Counted from the first letter of the stretch, positions 18,978 to 28,226 are shown. The stretch: 64,000 nucleotides of DNA from an uncultured virus (IMG/VR IMGVR_UViG_3300042191_000126) (IMGVR_UViG_3300042191_000126); one strand, 5' to 3'. Numbers and translations are program-made. Notes: a model not told the origin generated them from the sequence alone.

Positions 18978-19201
18978 CCAGCCAACCGATCCGCCCCGGG
19001 CAGGTGTACCGCGCCTGCAACCCCCGCGACCGCATCCGCATCCGCATCGTGTCGTACCAGCCAGGCAGCGCCCGCGCCGACGTCGTCGACGCCGTCACCG
19101 GTAAACGACCGCGCCAGATCTACGTGACCAACATCCACACCGCACCGACCACCCACACCGGCGCGCCCCGCCGCACCGGATACGCACTGGAGACCCCATG
19201 A
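18974..19201 (+). CDS. Small hypothetical protein
   Basis: IRPGQVY...RRTGYAL; AGGAG RBS. Confidence 0.65.
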   Translation: MTSQPIRPGQVYRACNPRDRIRIRIVSYQPGSARADVVDAVTGKRPRQIYVTNIHTAPTTHTGAPRRTGYALETP

Positions 19202-19572
19202 CCGATGACCCCGCCGCCCTACTGCGCGCCGCAGCCCAGCACCTACGCAGTCTGTCCCAAGCAGCGACGCCCGGCCCTTGGCGCCAACACGACACCCACC
19301 TCGGCCAGTACGGACACACCGCCACCGTTCTGTCCGGTGAGCGCAACACCACGGAACTTCGGGCGTGGCTGCCGACCATGAGCCAAGAGTCGTGGGACGA
19401 GACCCGCAACGTGTGGGCGGACGCCGCGTACATCGCGACCATGCACCCCGGCGTCGGGAAGGCGCTCGCCGACTGGCTGGACGCCGCGGCCGAGGACGCC
19501 GAGATGATCGGCCCCGACCCACACGCCCTCACAACCGCCCGCCAGATCCTCGCTGAGGAGACCACCCCGTGA
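19198..19572 (+). CDS. Ead/Ea22-like phage protein
   Basis: ATPGPW...DAAYIATMHP motif. Confidence 0.6.
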   Translation: MTDDPAALLRAAAQHLRSLSQAATPGPWRQHDTHLGQYGHTATVLSGERNTTELRAWLPTMSQESWDETRNVWADAAYIATMHPGVGKALADWLDAAAEDAEMIGPDPHALTTARQILAEETTP

Positions 19573-20657
19573 CCGACAGCCCCGCCGCCGAGCTGCGCGC
19601 CGCAGCCCAGCGGCTCACCCTGACCGGCGCCCGCATCCTCGTCGCACCACGCCTCGTACAGCCGCTCGCCGACTGGCTCACCGGCATAGAGATCAGCGAG
19701 CACGCCCCCATGGACGATGAGATCCGCCACGCCCTCACCGTGGCCCGCGCCATCCTCGACAATGCCCCGCCAGAGGGCCCCACGCCGCCCCAGGAGCCCC
19801 GCAGCGCCTCGGACGCATCATCCGATGAGCAGACCGCTCCCAGGCCGTCAGACGGACACAGGAGCGATCCCGCCGAAGAAACCCCCGCCTACACCTGGGC
19901 CCAAGTCATCGACACCATCGACCGGGGCCGGACCATCCGCATCCCCGGGATCCACTATCGCAACGGCGGTGAAGAGGAGCGGGCCGTCATAGTGTCCCGC
20001 GAGGACCTGCCGGTGCTGCGCGCAATGCTCAACGACGCAGACGACACAGCCCCGGCCGCCGAACTACGCGGTCCCTGCCCGGGCTTCCCGGACACCTGCC
20101 CGAACCTAGTCCCCGTGGCCCCAACGCCGTATCACGGCAGCGGCATCAGATGCGGCTGCGACGAGGCCCCGCTCCGCAAGCGGTACGCGGCAGCCATCCG
20201 CGACGCCGCCTGCACCGGCACCTGCGGCCTGACCGAAGCGGAATGCTCCCAACACCGCATCCAGCCCGTGGTCTGGCACCACGGGACCATGGCCGAAGTT
20301 TCCGGAACACCGGAAATGCTCGCCGACGCAGTCCTCACGGTCCGCGACCGCACCATGCAGCTGCTGCGGTCGGACCTGAAATGGAGCCAGAACAACCTCG
20401 CGGAAGCCGACGCGGCCGCCCTCGACGCCACCACCCCAGCCGAGCGGCCCGGACGTCCGGATCCGGTTGAGTGCGAGCACGAAGCAGCCCTCGAGCGGAC
20501 CCCAACCGCCGCTGCCATCGCCGACGTCCGTGCCCTGCACTACCCAATCGCCGGACCCGGACCACGCAGTTGGTGTGTCACCTGCGGAGGCGGCTACCCC
20601 TGCCCCACCCGCGAAGCCCTCGACCAACCGGCCGACACCACCACGGAGGACCAGTGA
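19569..20657 (+). CDS. Mosaic hypothetical protein with Cys clusters
   Basis: GAGGAG RBS; C-terminal H...CVTC...YPCPT. Confidence 0.65.
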   Translation: MTDSPAAELRAAAQRLTLTGARILVAPRLVQPLADWLTGIEISEHAPMDDEIRHALTVARAILDNAPPEGPTPPQEPRSASDASSDEQTAPRPSDGHRSDPAEETPAYTWAQVIDTIDRGRTIRIPGIHYRNGGEEERAVIVSREDLPVLRAMLNDADDTAPAAELRGPCPGFPDTCPNLVPVAPTPYHGSGIRCGCDEAPLRKRYAAAIRDAACTGTCGLTEAECSQHRIQPVVWHHGTMAEVSGTPEMLADAVLTVRDRTMQLLRSDLKWSQNNLAEADAAALDATTPAERPGRPDPVECEHEAALERTPTAAAIADVRALHYPIAGPGPRSWCVTCGGGYPCPTREALDQPADTTTEDQ

Positions 20658-21070
20658 GCAGCACCTACCGCATCCTCTGCCTCTCCCACGACCCCGCCAC
20701 CGACCACGGCGAATACCACACCCACCACGACGCCGAGGCCGCCATCGCCACCGGCATCACCGGACACCCGCACTGCGACCTGATGATCGGCCGCTACTCC
20801 TACCCACTCGTCGAACTCGGCTGCCCAGCCAGCCACCACCAGCCCGCGCAGCTCCGCCCCAGCGTGCTCCGCTGCTACCACAGCGGCACCCAGTGGACCG
20901 ACACGGACTGGCTGCGGCTGCTCGCCGCCGCCTACCAGTCGAGTGATCCGGACGTACGCAAAGCAGCCACGGACGGGCGGCATGGGTGCCTGCCGTGGGA
21001 GCGCCTACGGCGCCTGCGTGACGAACTCGGCATCACCACCAGCCCCATCCTCAAGCCGAAGGAGCACTGA
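20654..21070 (+). CDS. Hypothetical Cys/His-rich protein
   Basis: SSTYRILCLSHDPA...HPHCDLMIGRYSYPL. Confidence 0.7.
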   Translation: MSSTYRILCLSHDPATDHGEYHTHHDAEAAIATGITGHPHCDLMIGRYSYPLVELGCPASHHQPAQLRPSVLRCYHSGTQWTDTDWLRLLAAAYQSSDPDVRKAATDGRHGCLPWERLRRLRDELGITTSPILKPKEH

Positions 21071-21074
21071 CCCC

Positions 21075-21422
21075 ATGACCGATCAGCAGACCACCGAGAC
21101 CGAGCGTGACCAGGCATACCGCGAACGCGCCCACCTCCTCGCACTCCTCGCCGCGCTCCACCCCTCGGTCATCACACCCGCACCCGACGTCGACGAGGAC
21201 GGCTGGCAGATCCTGTACCTCCGGATCGGAGGCAGGCAGGCGTCATGGCACATCGCGCCCAGCGACACCGATCTGTACGCCCACGTCGAACATGCCTCCA
21301 CCAACGACAGCCGGGCGCAGTGGGACGGCCATACGACCGAACAGAAATACGCCCACATTGGTCAACACGCAGCCCGGCTCTACGCCGATGCTCGCAGCTG
21401 GGTCGAGACGCCGGAGGACTGA
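21075..21422 (+). CDS. WDGH-motif phage protein
   Basis: YRERAHL...QASWH...WDGHT. Confidence 0.7.
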   Translation: MTDQQTTETERDQAYRERAHLLALLAALHPSVITPAPDVDEDGWQILYLRIGGRQASWHIAPSDTDLYAHVEHASTNDSRAQWDGHTTEQKYAHIGQHAARLYADARSWVETPED

Positions 21423-21423
21423 C

Positions 21424-21708
21424 ATGGCCTTCATCCCACCAACCACCAGCCACAGCGACGGCAGCGTCGACGTCCCCATCTCATGGATCATCACCTACAT
21501 GATCATCGCCCTGATCGTGTGGATTGCAGCAGCCACCGCCGCAGCGCTCTACCAATCCGACGAGCCCAACGCCGAGAACATCACCGACGCCGTTTTCGTC
21601 GGCGCCGGCCTCGCGCTCATATGGCCGCTATCGGCCGCCGGAACGGTCATATGGCTACTCGTACGACACCTGACCCGGCCACGGCCAACCACCACCCCGG
21701 AGGACTGA
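21424..21708 (+). CDS. Two-TM membrane protein
   Basis: Two hydrophobic helices; GGAGG RBS. Confidence 0.7.
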   Translation: MAFIPPTTSHSDGSVDVPISWIITYMIIALIVWIAAATAAALYQSDEPNAENITDAVFVGAGLALIWPLSAAGTVIWLLVRHLTRPRPTTTPED

Positions 21709-21711
21709 CCC

Positions 21712-22188
21712 ATGAGTACATCAACGGACGCGATCCTCGCCTACGGCTACGACCTCGGCGGCGACGACGAGTGGAAGATCCACGAGGCAGGCGAGTACGG
21801 CGAACTGCCCACCCTCGACTGGTACGACCCTGAGACCGACGAAGACGGATTCGAGGAGATGGCGGAGAGGCGGTTGCTGGCCGAGGTCGCCGGATTCGCC
21901 GAGACCGACTGGCGCGCCGAGGGCTACCACAACCGCAAGCGTGAAGCGAGAGCCCGGCTCGGTGTCGAGTTCGATACGTACTGCTCGGACGAGTGCCCGA
22001 TGTACCTGCTCGCCGCGCACGTCACGACCGTGCACCGCGGCGGCATCCAGGTCATGGACCCGGCGGATCTGGCCCGTCGTCCAGTCGAGCAGGGATGGGA
22101 CGCCAAGCTCGCCGCGGCGCTCGCCGCGCTGGGCCTGACCCCGGTACAGGACCAGCCGCGCTGGCTCCTGTGCTCCTACTGGGGCTGA
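21712..22188 (+). CDS. Hypothetical phage protein
   Basis: STDAILAYGYDLG...WLLCSYWG; GGAGG RBS. Confidence 0.75.
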   Translation: MSTSTDAILAYGYDLGGDDEWKIHEAGEYGELPTLDWYDPETDEDGFEEMAERRLLAEVAGFAETDWRAEGYHNRKREARARLGVEFDTYCSDECPMYLLAAHVTTVHRGGIQVMDPADLARRPVEQGWDAKLAAALAALGLTPVQDQPRWLLCSYWG

Positions 22189-22283
22189 GCATGCGGTAGG
22201 GGCGCGCCCACCGTCCGGCCAGACCCGGGCGCGCCCCCAGGTGATCACAACCGTAAGCCCCCACCAGCACACCGGGAGCAGCC

Positions 22284-22919
22284 GTGACCACCACCCACCT
22301 GCAGTTGATCGCCACCCACTGGGCCGACCTTGAGGAGCTCCGCACCACCCGCCCCCACGACCCCTGGCCACCCGCGTCGTTGAACGCGTACCTCCGTACC
22401 CTCGACGAGTACGACCCAGCCGACCGCTCGGCGCCCGTCCGGCTCCACATCGTCGACACCATCACCATCGTCCAGACCGTGCTCGTCGACCTCGCCGACC
22501 AGACCGCAGCCCAAATCCAGCGCCCGGCGATGAGTCACGCCCCCGCCGACTGGCCGCAAGCGGACCGGGCCCGCCGTGACGAGCTCGCCGACACGGACGC
22601 GGCCGACCCGCGGCGGTGGCGCTACACCGGGAAGCGCACCGCGCCTCAGGCCGCCCACTGGCTCACCGGCCGCCTCGACGACCAGCCCGGACCGTTCCTC
22701 CCACTCACCGCCGCACAACGCCACCACATCGCAGGCATCGCCACCGGAGCAGCCGAACGCGTCCAACACGCCCTCGGCCTCACCCGCCGTACAGCACCCC
22801 TCCGGCAGACGTGCGCATGCGGCGGACAACTGCTGTTGGAGGGCGGCGACGGCCGGCCCCCAACCATCCGCTGCGAAGCCTGCGGCCGGGCATTCCAAGC
22901 GGCCGACACCGCCGCCTGA
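22284..22919 (+). CDS. Hypothetical protein with C-terminal Zn ribbon (possible late-gene regulator)
   Basis: CACGG...CEACG; last gene of the early operon. Confidence 0.65.
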   Translation: MTTTHLQLIATHWADLEELRTTRPHDPWPPASLNAYLRTLDEYDPADRSAPVRLHIVDTITIVQTVLVDLADQTAAQIQRPAMSHAPADWPQADRARRDELADTDAADPRRWRYTGKRTAPQAAHWLTGRLDDQPGPFLPLTAAQRHHIAGIATGAAERVQHALGLTRRTAPLRQTCACGGQLLLEGGDGRPPTIRCEACGRAFQAADTAA

Positions 22920-22965
22920 ACCCGCCAACGCACGCGCACGCCAACCCGACGGCCTGAAACCGCGA

Positions 22966-22995
22966 CGCCCCACCCCGAGCGTGCGGGGTGGGGCG
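22966..22995. terminator. Hairpin between convergent operons
   Basis: CGCCCCACCCCG / CGGGGTGGGGCG 12-bp stem. Confidence 0.7.
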
Positions 22996-23084
22996 AAGGC
23001 TGGACGGCACAGGGGACCTCCGTCTCCCCAGCGGAGCAGACGGGCCGCCTTTCAACGCGGAGCGAGTCACGCACGCCGGGTCTC

Positions 23085-23300
23085 TCACCCGGATGCCGCT
23101 GCCTCGTACGTGAGGCTAACGAAAAAGGTGTCACCGCTAACCCAATCGGAAGTCCCGCTGTTCACAATTTGCCGCGTACCCGCCGCAGTAACGGGAAGAG
23201 AAAACCGCCAGCTGTCCTCCGCCGGGCCGCCGTCCCCCACCGTGATTGTGGTCTCTTCCATCACATACCCCATCTCTATGCCGCTGCGCCAGTCTGGCAC
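23085..23300 (-). CDS. Short, internally deleted homolog of tail protein 58978-59490 (gene or relic)
   Basis: DSWRFSLPVTAA and IVNS...W..GD...VSLTYEAA match DNWRFSMPVTAA and IVDS...WAASDFIRVSGFYEAA. Confidence 0.55.
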   Translation of the reverse strand: MPDWRSGIEMGYVMEETTITVGDGGPAEDSWRFSLPVTAAGTRQIVNSGTSDWVSGDTFFVSLTYEAAASG

Positions 23301-23303
23301 GCG

Positions 23304-23789
23304 TCAGGCGCCCGGGGCCCACTCCGGCCTGTACCCGGGGTAGGAGGCGTACGGCAGCGCAAGAAGGCGCAGCAGGGGGAGTTCGTCCGGGTGTTGCTCC
23401 GGGCACAGGCCCTGCTCGATCTCCTCGGCGTCGTGGCAGCAGCCCCACTCGCTGTCGATCACCGCAGCGTGGTGGAACGCCTCGGCCATGATGCGCCGCT
23501 TGGCTTCGATCTCGGCGAGTACCCGCGCCGGATCATGCCGGGCGATGTGCGGGGCGATACGCGTGCCGCCGGACTCGATCGTCTTCCCGCGCCACTGGTC
23601 AGAGACGACCGGCAGGCCGTGCTCCCGCTCCTTCTCCGCAACCCGCGGCTCAGGCGGCCACCACAGGACGGTCTTCCCGAACTCCTCGTCGAGGTGCCAA
23701 TTGGCCTCCGCGTACTCGCAGGCGCGGCGCGCGATCTGCTCATCCTCGTCGTACATGCGGCGCAGGAAAGCCACCAACCCAGTACTCAC
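23304..23789 (-). CDS. DUF6221-like protein
   Basis: HIARHDPARVLAEIEAKRRI...LRLLALPYASYPGYRPEW. Confidence 0.8.
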   Translation of the reverse strand: MSTGLVAFLRRMYDEDEQIARRACEYAEANWHLDEEFGKTVLWWPPEPRVAEKEREHGLPVVSDQWRGKTIESGGTRIAPHIARHDPARVLAEIEAKRRIMAEAFHHAAVIDSEWGCCHDAEEIEQGLCPEQHPDELPLLRLLALPYASYPGYRPEWAPGA

Positions 23790-24640
23790 CGCTCCACCTC
23801 CGGGTCGACCGGCACCAGCCAGCACGCAATCGTGCACTCCCCGCCATCATGCGGATAACCCGCGCTGATGCCGTCGATGTCTTCGAACTCCACACCGCGC
23901 ATGACTGCCTGGCACCACTTGCCTTTCGGCGTGAGCCACGACCCGCTGATGCTGCTGCCATGCTCGATCAGATCGGCGTTCTCCAACGCAGACAGGACGA
24001 TGTGGTGAGCCCCGGCGTTCCCGATCAGCGACTCGACCAGTCGCCACCGTTCGTTCTCGAAGAACGGGGCCAGGCTGATGATGTCGCGGATCAGCTCGTA
24101 GGCGTCTGCCGGGCGGCCGCAGCCGCACAGGTCAAGGTCGCCGTAGAACAGCTTGTACAAGTGGTTGAGGATGTGCTCACGCCGGTCAGCGCTCACCGCT
24201 CCACCTCCGGGTTCGGGTTCCTCGTCCGGGTAGTACGGCTGGAGTGGTTCGGCGGGTGTGAACCTCGCGGTGCTGTTGTCCAGCGTGACGCGGGTGGTGG
24301 CAGGATCCCCGTCCGGACGCACAGGGCCCGCTCCGTCGTGGATCGCCTTCCACGCGTCGGTCAGTTCGATCGGCAGGTCGTAGGCGGCAAGCACCTGCTC
24401 CCGCACCTGGGCCCACACGTCGACATGCCCCTCCGGCTCACCCCACACGACCCGGTTGATCGCCCTCCGCCGCGCCTCGTCCGGCACGCACTCGTCGGCC
24501 ATGGCCCGCTCGAAGGCGTCCAGCGTCTGGCGCAGCCGCTCCGCCTGCTGGTGTTGTACCGGATCGCGCAGGAGTGCTTCCCGCATGCCGGGCTGCTGGG
24601 CGACGTAGCGGCCGAGGGTGTCGTCCGTGAACTCGCTCAT
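23786..24640 (-). CDS. Hypothetical protein; probably two genes fused in frame (second start GTG 24196)
   Basis: GAGGAG RBS before ATG 24640; internal GGAGG RBS; LCGCGRP...LIEHGSSI..SWLT in distal half. Confidence 0.6.
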   Translation of the reverse strand: MSEFTDDTLGRYVAQQPGMREALLRDPVQHQQAERLRQTLDAFERAMADECVPDEARRRAINRVVWGEPEGHVDVWAQVREQVLAAYDLPIELTDAWKAIHDGAGPVRPDGDPATTRVTLDNSTARFTPAEPLQPYYPDEEPEPGGGAVSADRREHILNHLYKLFYGDLDLCGCGRPADAYELIRDIISLAPFFENERWRLVESLIGNAGAHHIVLSALENADLIEHGSSISGSWLTPKGKWCQAVMRGVEFEDIDGISAGYPHDGGECTIACWLVPVDPEVER

Positions 24641-24960
24641 GTGGTCGGCTCCTCGCTGCTTCCCTGGCACGCGCGTAGCGCCGCTACCTCAACGCGCAGG
24701 TCCCGGATCGTCCGCACGAACTGCTCGGTCGTGTGCGTGGCCAGATGCTCGCGGAGTGCCGCCTCCGTCTGCTGGGCTTCCGCACGAAGGGCCCCGTGCG
24801 CGACCGAGTGGATGGCCTCTCCGAGATCACGAGCGGCCGGGTCTGCGGTGGCCCCCAGTTCGACGGCCCGGTCGATGCTGGGTGGTGGGACGTCATGGTG
24901 CCAGCCGCATTCGAGGGGGCACAGGTAGCGGGTCGCGCCGGACACGGGCGCTGCGCTCAT
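24637..24960 (-). CDS. Hypothetical protein (CxxxC...H..H)
   Basis: GAGGAG RBS; coupled ORF. Confidence 0.65.
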   Translation of the reverse strand: MSAAPVSGATRYLCPLECGWHHDVPPPSIDRAVELGATADPAARDLGEAIHSVAHGALRAEAQQTEAALREHLATHTTEQFVRTIRDLRVEVAALRACQGSSEEPTT

Positions 24961-25466
24961 GTGCTGGTCTCCTCGGCGCTCCGGTTGGCGAGACGCTCAA
25001 GCACGTCCCTCGTGTTCTTTGCCAAACCGGCGAAGCCTCCACCGCGGCCGTAAGCGTTCGGGATCTGGTTCGCCTGCTTCGGGATGCTGATCGCGCCCAC
25101 GAATGCGTCATCGCTGGGCTTGTCACCCTGGAACAGCCATAGCCATGCGACGCCGAGGCTGTCAGTGCCGATGGCTGTGCAGTGACCGGGTGGGGTGTCG
25201 TCGTCGGTGCCGTGCCAGTTGATCGTGTCGTGGGCGGAGCGGTAGCGGGCAGGCATGGTCAGCCCTCCTTCGCTGGGAGTGCGATGTGCCGCCCGGTACG
25301 CCACGTCGGCGTTTACGTATCCGGTGTCCATGCCGCCGCAGGTGCAGGATGCGCGCCCGCGCCCGCTCAGCGTGCATGTACGCCAGCCGTTGACTGGCGG
25401 CCCGTCCAAAATCTCGTTCTCGTAGCGCACCTCGTGGCGCAGGGGCGGGCCACTGACCTTGCTCAC
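24957..25466 (-). CDS. Hypothetical protein; internal start at ATG 25256 likely
   Basis: RBS before both 25466 and 25256 in the same frame. Confidence 0.55.
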   Translation of the reverse strand: MSKVSGPPLRHEVRYENEILDGPPVNGWRTCTLSGRGRASCTCGGMDTGYVNADVAYRAAHRTPSEGGLTMPARYRSAHDTINWHGTDDDTPPGHCTAIGTDSLGVAWLWLFQGDKPSDDAFVGAISIPKQANQIPNAYGRGGGFAGLAKNTRDVLERLANRSAEETST

Positions 25467-25687
25467 GTGGTCGGCTCCTCGGTGGTGTCGGGCTGGGCGG
25501 CGACGATCGCGGCGAGCATCTCGGCGGCCACGGCAACCAGCTCCGGGTAGTGGTCCTCGCCGTCCTCTTCGCCGCACTCGTAGCCCTTGTGGATGTCGTA
25601 GTCGATCTCGTTGACGAGGGCGCGGACGAAGAGGTCGAGGACGGCGGGGTTGGAGAGCAGGCTCGCGGTGTTGTCGATGTCGGCCAT
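25463..25687 (-). CDS. Small acidic hypothetical protein
   Basis: GAGGAG RBS; MADIDNTASLL. Confidence 0.6.
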   Translation of the reverse strand: MADIDNTASLLSNPAVLDLFVRALVNEIDYDIHKGYECGEEDGEDHYPELVAVAAEMLAAIVAAQPDTTEEPTT

Positions 25688-25837
25688 GTCAGTGCTCCTC
25701 GCTGGTGGCGGACTGCTGAGTGGACGCGGCGCGTTCCCGGCCGACGGTCGGCTCGCGTAGCCGCTTCGCCCCCGCCTCAACGAAGCCGGCCAGTTCCGTG
25801 CGGGTGTAGCAGAGAGGGACCTTCCACTCCGGTCCGG

Positions 25838-26065
25838 TCATGAGGGCTTCACTTTCCCGTCGCGGATGCGGGCGACGTATTCGCGTGTCCAGCCGGTCGC
25901 CTCGACGACCTCGCTGAGTCGGCCGCGCGGGGTCGGGTCGGGGAAGAGCTGCGGGACCAGGGTGCGAATCCAGTTGCGGTCCTCCTCGTTCTGTCGGTCA
26001 CGCTCGCGGATTCGGAGTGCGGCGGCACGGACCTCTTCGAGCTTCTCTTCGTAGCTGCTAGCCAT
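25838..26065 (-). CDS. Small HTH regulator (leaderless candidate)
   Basis: GRLSEVVEATGWTREYVARIRDG; CATACT -10 six nt upstream. Confidence 0.75.
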   Translation of the reverse strand: MASSYEEKLEEVRAAALRIRERDRQNEEDRNWIRTLVPQLFPDPTPRGRLSEVVEATGWTREYVARIRDGKVKPS

Positions 26066-26071
26066 GACCTC

Positions 26072-26141
26072 AGTATGCCATCCCGATAGGCGGATGGAGT
26101 GTGCCTACCGCGTTGACTTGAGAACGGGATAGGCCTACTCT
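26072..26141. promoter_or_regulatory. Divergent promoter pair
   Basis: TTGACT(26113)-N17-TACTCT(26136) rightward; CATACT (26077-26072) leftward; GATAGGC repeated. Confidence 0.7.
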
Positions 26142-26181
26142 GTAGTCATAGCCAGTGAGGCACACCGAGGGGGCCACCACC

Positions 26182-26631
26182 ATGAAGCACACCCACCGCC
26201 AGACCACCACCGCCACCCTCACCGACCTCTACCGCGCCCTCGATCGACAGCAGCCAGTTACCGTCACCTACCTCAAGGAAGAGACCCGCGAGGTCTTCGC
26301 GGTCAACTCCAAGGGCGTCACCGTCCGCCGCACCATCCGCACCGGCCGCATGATCGAGACCATCCGCACCATCGAGATCTACGACATCCGCACCACCAAG
26401 ACCGGCGACGTCATCGTCAAAGCCATGGACCGCGCCAGCAAGGAATCCCGCACCTTCCGCGTCGACCGCATCAAGGCCTACACCCGTCACACCGGCGCCA
26501 CCTACCAGATCGAGCGCCCCACCGACACCACGCCGGCCTTCATCCCGACGACCGTCGAGCAGTTCATCACCTACGAACTCGACCGCGACGACCAGCCCAC
26601 CACCCGCGCCCGAACAACCCTCGCCGCCTGA
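26182..26631 (+). CDS. Stand-alone WYL-domain protein
   Basis: ALDRQQPVTVTY...RTIEIY...AMDRASKESRTFRVDRI. Confidence 0.8.
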   Translation: MKHTHRQTTTATLTDLYRALDRQQPVTVTYLKEETREVFAVNSKGVTVRRTIRTGRMIETIRTIEIYDIRTTKTGDVIVKAMDRASKESRTFRVDRIKAYTRHTGATYQIERPTDTTPAFIPTTVEQFITYELDRDDQPTTRARTTLAA

Positions 26632-26666
26632 CCCACTCGCCCCGCCCGATCCGAAGGAGCCCCGCC

Positions 26667-26945
26667 ATGAGCACCCTGTACTACCTCGCCGAGCACCCCG
26701 ACTCCGGAAAGGCCCTCTTCACCCGGCTGCCCGAGGCGAAGCGCTGGCTCGAATACCAGCACGACTACCACCGGGACATGCTCGACGAGCCGCAGGACGT
26801 GGCCGAGGCCGCCAACACCCGGTGGGTGGACGGCGGCGTGCACGGCTGGCACTCCCTCGTATCCACGGCCGACCCGAGACGGTCGTTCGCCGGCATCACC
26901 GAGCTGGTGCCCGACCGCGAGGCGAGCCGCAACGACGTGGACTGA
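26667..26945 (+). CDS. Hypothetical protein
   Basis: AAGGAG RBS. Confidence 0.65.
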   Translation: MSTLYYLAEHPDSGKALFTRLPEAKRWLEYQHDYHRDMLDEPQDVAEAANTRWVDGGVHGWHSLVSTADPRRSFAGITELVPDREASRNDVD

Positions 26946-26958
26946 CCACCCACACGCA

Positions 26959-26985
26959 GCCCCGCCGGTCCCGCACCGGCGGGGC
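26959..26985. terminator. Hairpin terminator
   Basis: GCCCCGCCGGT / ACCGGCGGGGC. Confidence 0.7.
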
Positions 26986-27078
26986 CTCAGCGTGTCACCG
27001 TTCAGTCAAACCACCCCCGGGCCACCCCCGGCCGCGAGCATCATGCACACCGCCAACCACCACCCTTGGGAGACCGCG

Positions 27079-27339
27079 ATGCCTAGTTACAGCGACGTAC
27101 AGAAAGCCGTCCGCGTCGAGAAGTTCAGGATCTGGCTCGCCTGGTTCTGCGGCGGATGGGTCGGTCTCGGGATTGCCCTCGCTACGCAGGACATGCACAT
27201 CGTCAGCGTGATAACGCAGGTGCTGTTTGTTGGGCTTGGGGCCCTGGCTACGATCGCGGCGGTGCGGATGACGAACGCTCTGAATCGGCGAGCGGAGCGT
27301 GCACGGCGTGAGGTGTTGGGGGAGGACTTCCCAGGCTAA
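27079..27339 (+). CDS. Two-TM membrane protein
   Basis: GGGAG RBS; two hydrophobic helices. Confidence 0.7.
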   Translation: MPSYSDVQKAVRVEKFRIWLAWFCGGWVGLGIALATQDMHIVSVITQVLFVGLGALATIAAVRMTNALNRRAERARREVLGEDFPG

Positions 27340-27384
27340 GCGTCCCACCCACCCCGCCCACCACACCAACTACTCGAGGAAACC

Positions 27385-27786
27385 ATGCGCACCCACACCA
27401 CCACCACCACGGCGCTCCTACTCACCGCCGGCCTTCTCCTCACCGGATGCAGCAGCGACAGCAGCACTGCCGACGCCAAGCCCGAACCCACCAAAACCGA
27501 AACCACCACCGCCGCAGCACCCGCACCCGAACCAGCACCACTCACCAAAGAAGAGACCACCGAGCAGTGCACCAACGCCGTAGCCGACGCCGCCCCGAGC
27601 TGGGACGACTGGAACATCGATCTCGCTGGCTGGGAGGACGATCCGCGGACACCGGAGGTGTGCAAGCCTCTGGTAGATGAGGAGTTCCCGCCTCGCGGCA
27701 ATCGGGCTTTCCAGGATGCGCTCATCGACGGTTTGGAGTTGGCTGCTGCGTGCGGTACTCCGGACGCGCTTCCCGGCAGGTGCTGA
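27385..27786 (+). CDS. Lipoprotein
   Basis: LLLTAGLLLTG-C lipobox; Pro/Thr-rich linker. Confidence 0.8.
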   Translation: MRTHTTTTTALLLTAGLLLTGCSSDSSTADAKPEPTKTETTTAAAPAPEPAPLTKEETTEQCTNAVADAAPSWDDWNIDLAGWEDDPRTPEVCKPLVDEEFPPRGNRAFQDALIDGLELAAACGTPDALPGRC

Positions 27787-27857
27787 AGCACACCCTTGGC
27801 TGCGGCCCCACTCGTCTCACCGCGGGTGGGGCCGCGGCATGCTGCCATCCTGACTGC

Positions 27858-28226
27858 ATGTACGAGTACGCAGCCCGGCTGGTCCGGGTCATAGATGCCG
27901 ACACCGTGGTTCTCGACCTCGACTTGGGACTGTCGGTCTGGACACGCGATCGGCGGATTCGTCTGCTCGGTGTCGACGCGCCAGAGCTGCGCACGGAGGC
28001 CGGCCTCACGGCACGTGTGTGGGCCGAGGCATGGTTCGCGACACACTGTCCGGACGGTGTGTTGACGGTGCGCACGGTGAAGGACAAGGCCGACAGCTTC
28101 GGCCGGTACCTCGGCGTGGTCACCGCCCCTGACGGCGCCGTGCTGAACGAGCAGCTGCTCGCCGCAGGGCAAGCAGTACCGTGGCCGCGCCCCACCGCCG
28201 TCGTGAAGGAGCCGACCAGCGCCTGA
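27858..28226 (+). CDS. Thermonuclease (SNase-like)
   Basis: VRVIDADT, IRLLGVDAPE, DSFGRYLG, LNEQLLAAG. Confidence 0.88.
   Translation: MYEYAARLVRVIDADTVVLDLDLGLSVWTRDRRIRLLGVDAPELRTEAGLTARVWAEAWFATHCPDGVLTVRTVKDKADSFGRYLGVVTAPDGAVLNEQLLAAGQAVPWPRPTAVVKEPTSA

Noticed and set aside
23085..23300. Template repeat of a diversity-generating retroelement
   Set aside because: No reverse transcriptase in the window, and differences from the tail gene are not adenine-specific
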